Origin: Candidatus Nomurabacteria bacterium RIFOXYD2_FULL_35_12 | GTDB lineage: Bacteria > Patescibacteriota > Minisyncoccia > Phycocordibacterales > UBA9973 | Reading direction: 5' to 3' | Assembly (NCBI GenBank): GCA_001786365.1 | Contig: MFWK01000022.1 | Coordinates: 15,087 to 79,086, forward strand | DNA: 64,000 nt | Part shown: positions 61,538 through 64,000 of the stretch, piece after piece | Numbering within the stretch: position 1 is the stretch's first letter | Layout of the letters: every line of letters starts with the position of its first letter | The notes under the pieces: generated by a model | The model's database searches: none | What the model was told of the DNA's origin: nothing | What the model saw: only the letters and a program-made list of their open reading frames with translations | Position numbers and translations under genes: made by a program

Positions 61538-61564
61538 ATAACAGAATTGTGTTAAAATAGCACT

Positions 61565-62302
61565 ATGTCTAAATTAATATTTTTTGATACAGAAACCACC
61601 GGTAATACAGACAAAGATTTTCTTTGTCAGATTGCTTACAAAACAGATAAAGAAACTTTTACAGGCTTATATAAACCAGAAATCAAAATCCCTCCGGAAG
61701 CTTCTGCTGTGCATCACCTAACGAATAAAATGCTTACTGATAAACCCTCTTTTAAAGATTCCGGTGATCAGCAAAAAATCAAAAAACTTTTTGAAGATAA
61801 AGATTCAGTAGTTGTAGCTCACAACGCACCTTTTGACTTGATAATGATAAAAAAAGAAGGCATTGAGCCTAAAAAATTCATCTGCACCCTACGAGTCGCC
61901 AGACATTTAGATAAAGAAGAAAAAATAGAAAGATATAATTTACAATATTTGCGTTACTTGCTCGAAATAGAAGTAGATGCCACAGCTCACGACGCACTCG
62001 GTGACGTGCTCGTATTGGAACAACTTTTTGAAAGGCTATATAAAAAAGTGAAAGAAGAAATAGCCCCGACGTCTAAAGGAGTCGGGGTCACGACCGAAAA
62101 CGTCGTGAATAAAATGATAGAAATTTCCTCGCACCCCTCCCTTTTGCGTTCTTTTGGTTTTGGTAAACATAACGGTAAAAGAATAGAAGAAGTGGCAAAA
62201 ATGGATAGAGGTTATCTGGAGTGGCTCCTAGCCCAAAAACTCGCGGGAGACCAAATGGACGAGGATTGGATTTATACCTTGAAGCATTACTTAGATAAAT
62301 AA
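61565..62302 (+). CDS. DEDDh 3'-5' exonuclease (ExoX-like)
   Basis: FDTETTG, AHNAPFD, HDALGD; C-terminal FGKH.G...YL.WL. Confidence 0.9.
   Translation: MSKLIFFDTETTGNTDKDFLCQIAYKTDKETFTGLYKPEIKIPPEASAVHHLTNKMLTDKPSFKDSGDQQKIKKLFEDKDSVVVAHNAPFDLIMIKKEGIEPKKFICTLRVARHLDKEEKIERYNLQYLRYLLEIEVDATAHDALGDVLVLEQLFERLYKKVKEEIAPTSKGVGVTTENVVNKMIEISSHPSLLRSFGFGKHNGKRIEEVAKMDRGYLEWLLAQKLAGDQMDEDWIYTLKHYLDK
62064..62108 (+). mobile_element. Family D element, in frame in the exonuclease (APTSKGVGVTTENVV)
   Basis: ccccgac..gtcgggg-tcacgac..gtcgtga with a compensatory change. Confidence 0.8.
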
Positions 62303-62379
62303 ACCTACTTGGATAATTATAAAACGTGTGTTAGCATCTTAGGAGAAATGTTAGCGCGTTAGCGAAAAAAAAAGGAACA

Positions 62380-62544
62380 ATGCAAAGCAAATGCAAAAAA
62401 CACCCTAATTACACGCCGGTTCCCAGGTTTCATCCACAACGGACAGAACCTCGAAACAAATGCCCTACTTGTTGGGACATATGGGAACATCGGTTTGATT
62501 TTCTAATCAAACGAAGGAGGAATCATATTGACGTTCCCAGATAG
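62380..62544 (+). CDS. 54-aa CxxH...CxxC Zn-finger-like microprotein, not in the ORF track
   Basis: MQSKCKKHPNY...CPTCWDIW; AAAGGA SD; hairpin at 62561-62592. Confidence 0.5.
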   Translation: MQSKCKKHPNYTPVPRFHPQRTEPRNKCPTCWDIWEHRFDFLIKRRRNHIDVPR

Positions 62545-62640
62545 ACAAATTATGCGCATCGCCGCCGTGAGAGCCGAGCTTTCACAGGCGGCTTCTCATT
62601 TCTACTCGATTATTTGGGGAAATAATATATAATATAAGTT

Positions 62641-63387
62641 ATGAAGGAAAGTCCAAACCATTTTAATCCTATTAAAAAACTCGGTAATGTGAACCAAATA
62701 AGTCTTGGAGCTGATTCAAGAGTTTTTCGTGTTGTAAATCCTAAAGAAGATGTTGATATCGTCGCAAAAGAATATAGTGAGATAAAAATTAAACCAGAGG
62801 TTGTAAAAGAAATTATAGAACAATACTATGCCGACACAGAAAGAGCTAAAAAAATAACTAATGAACAACCAAACCCCCTAAATCAAAGGGTTAAGATAGA
62901 AGATAAAATATACTCTTTGGAATATAGGATAACTTCTCAGGGTACAATTATTTTAAACATTCCAATGGTATCTAATCAATCAACTAGAATGTGGGAAATA
63001 ATGCATGGAATTCCTAAAAAGAAAAAACACCAAGAAAAAATAGAAAATAAAACATCTTTAGGACAAGAATTTATTGATGGATATGACCTTAATCTCTTAA
63101 TGAACTATGAAGGAGAATTTCAATCATTACCTAAAGGAATTACTGATGCACAAGAACCTTTTCTAGAACGTAAAGAACTTGGAAAAGTGTTATGTAGTAT
63201 GATTGAAGAATTTTTTAGTTATTTATCAAAAATACTCAACATAAATCTTTCTTTTGATTCTATTAATATAAAACCTTTCTTAGATAAAAGAAATGGAAAA
63301 ATAACCTTAATTATAACAGACTTAGCTTCTAGTTTAGAGGATTATTATAAAAATAGTCCAAAATTTAAAAAACCTAAAGAAAAATAA
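62641..63387 (+). CDS. Hypothetical protein, possible degenerate kinase-like fold
   Basis: LG.DS.VF, VAK, EFIDG, D..N, ITD in kinase order. Confidence 0.55.
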   Translation: MKESPNHFNPIKKLGNVNQISLGADSRVFRVVNPKEDVDIVAKEYSEIKIKPEVVKEIIEQYYADTERAKKITNEQPNPLNQRVKIEDKIYSLEYRITSQGTIILNIPMVSNQSTRMWEIMHGIPKKKKHQEKIENKTSLGQEFIDGYDLNLLMNYEGEFQSLPKGITDAQEPFLERKELGKVLCSMIEEFFSYLSKILNINLSFDSINIKPFLDKRNGKITLIITDLASSLEDYYKNSPKFKKPKEK

Positions 63388-63402
63388 TGTTAATATAAAT
63401 AT

Positions 63403-64000
63403 ATGGAAAATGTAATTTGGATAATATTAGGAATAGTCGTAGGAGGCGCAGTAGCCTACTCTATTTTAAATAAAAAAAAGGAAGAGAAAAAAGACGACAT
63501 TGGGCTCAACCTTATTCTCACGCAAATAAACGAACTCTCACGAACAGTAGACAGCAAAATCGGCGAAAGTCATAAACAAGTAAACGAAAGCTTGAAATTT
63601 CATTCAAGTGAATCAAACAAAATTATTCGAGACGTGACGGAGCGACTGACTAGACTGGATGAGACGAATAAACAAGTCATTTCTTTTGCCGACCAATTGC
63701 AAAGCTTGGAAAATATCTTAAAAAATCCAAAACAACGTGGAATCTTGGGTGAATATTATCTGGAAACAGTTTTAAAAAACGTCCTTCCACCCGGCAGTTA
63801 CCAAATGCAATATGAATTCCCTGATAAAACTATCGTGGACGCCGTCGTCTTTGTGAAAGATAAAATTATTCCTATTGACTCAAAATTCTCGCTGGAGAAT
63901 TACAACAAGATGGTGGAAGAGCGTGATGGAGCAGAAAAGAAAAAATTAGAAACTATTTTCATAAACGATTTAAAAAATAGAATTACCGAAACTGCAAAAT
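63403..64000 (+). CDS. rmuC: DNA recombination protein RmuC (partial, runs off the right end)
   Basis: TM anchor; LKNPKQRGILGEYYLE, QY, VDAVV, IPIDSKF. Confidence 0.9.
   Translation, partial: MENVIWIILGIVVGGAVAYSILNKKKEEKKDDIGLNLILTQINELSRTVDSKIGESHKQVNESLKFHSSESNKIIRDVTERLTRLDETNKQVISFADQLQSLENILKNPKQRGILGEYYLETVLKNVLPPGSYQMQYEFPDKTIVDAVVFVKDKIIPIDSKFSLENYNKMVEERDGAEKKKLETIFINDLKNRITETAK

Overview
AT-rich, gene-dense core chromosome of a small-genome bacterium. It is inferred to be CPR/Parcubacteria (Nomurabacteria-like) from leaderless promoters, a short RF1, repeated Cys-rich CPR-type proteins, a PaaX/Cas2-like gene and an HTH-LAGLIDADG-like gene; genetic code 11. It carries housekeeping genes (purL, metA, glmS, dnaX, dus, serS, dprA, topA, rel, parB, murA, miaA, alr, ddl, rseP, frr, mreB, rsmI, a complete atp operon, prfA, rpmE, rpmG, rplY, fba, gatB, obgE, rmuC) and four tRNAs (Gln, Leu, Trp, Ile). 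No transposase, integrase, prophage or CRISPR array is visible. The main signal is about 30 small non-autonomous palindromic elements (20-160 bp) in about 10 families. Many sit in frame inside essential proteins and add peptides such as PARNATQSVAGG, SAQGGSASGG, APTxxxVGxPTExVG and PExxxxxYGAG. One family (CCCGTTAGA...TCTAACGGG ends) sits exactly on start codons and duplicates the first 5-7 nt of the gene. Others keep a conserved core between copy-specific self-complementary arms. A wHTH-Cas2/VapD-like gene bracketed by two symmetric 34-bp sites is a candidate selfish cassette. All calls come from reading motifs by eye; no database search was run.
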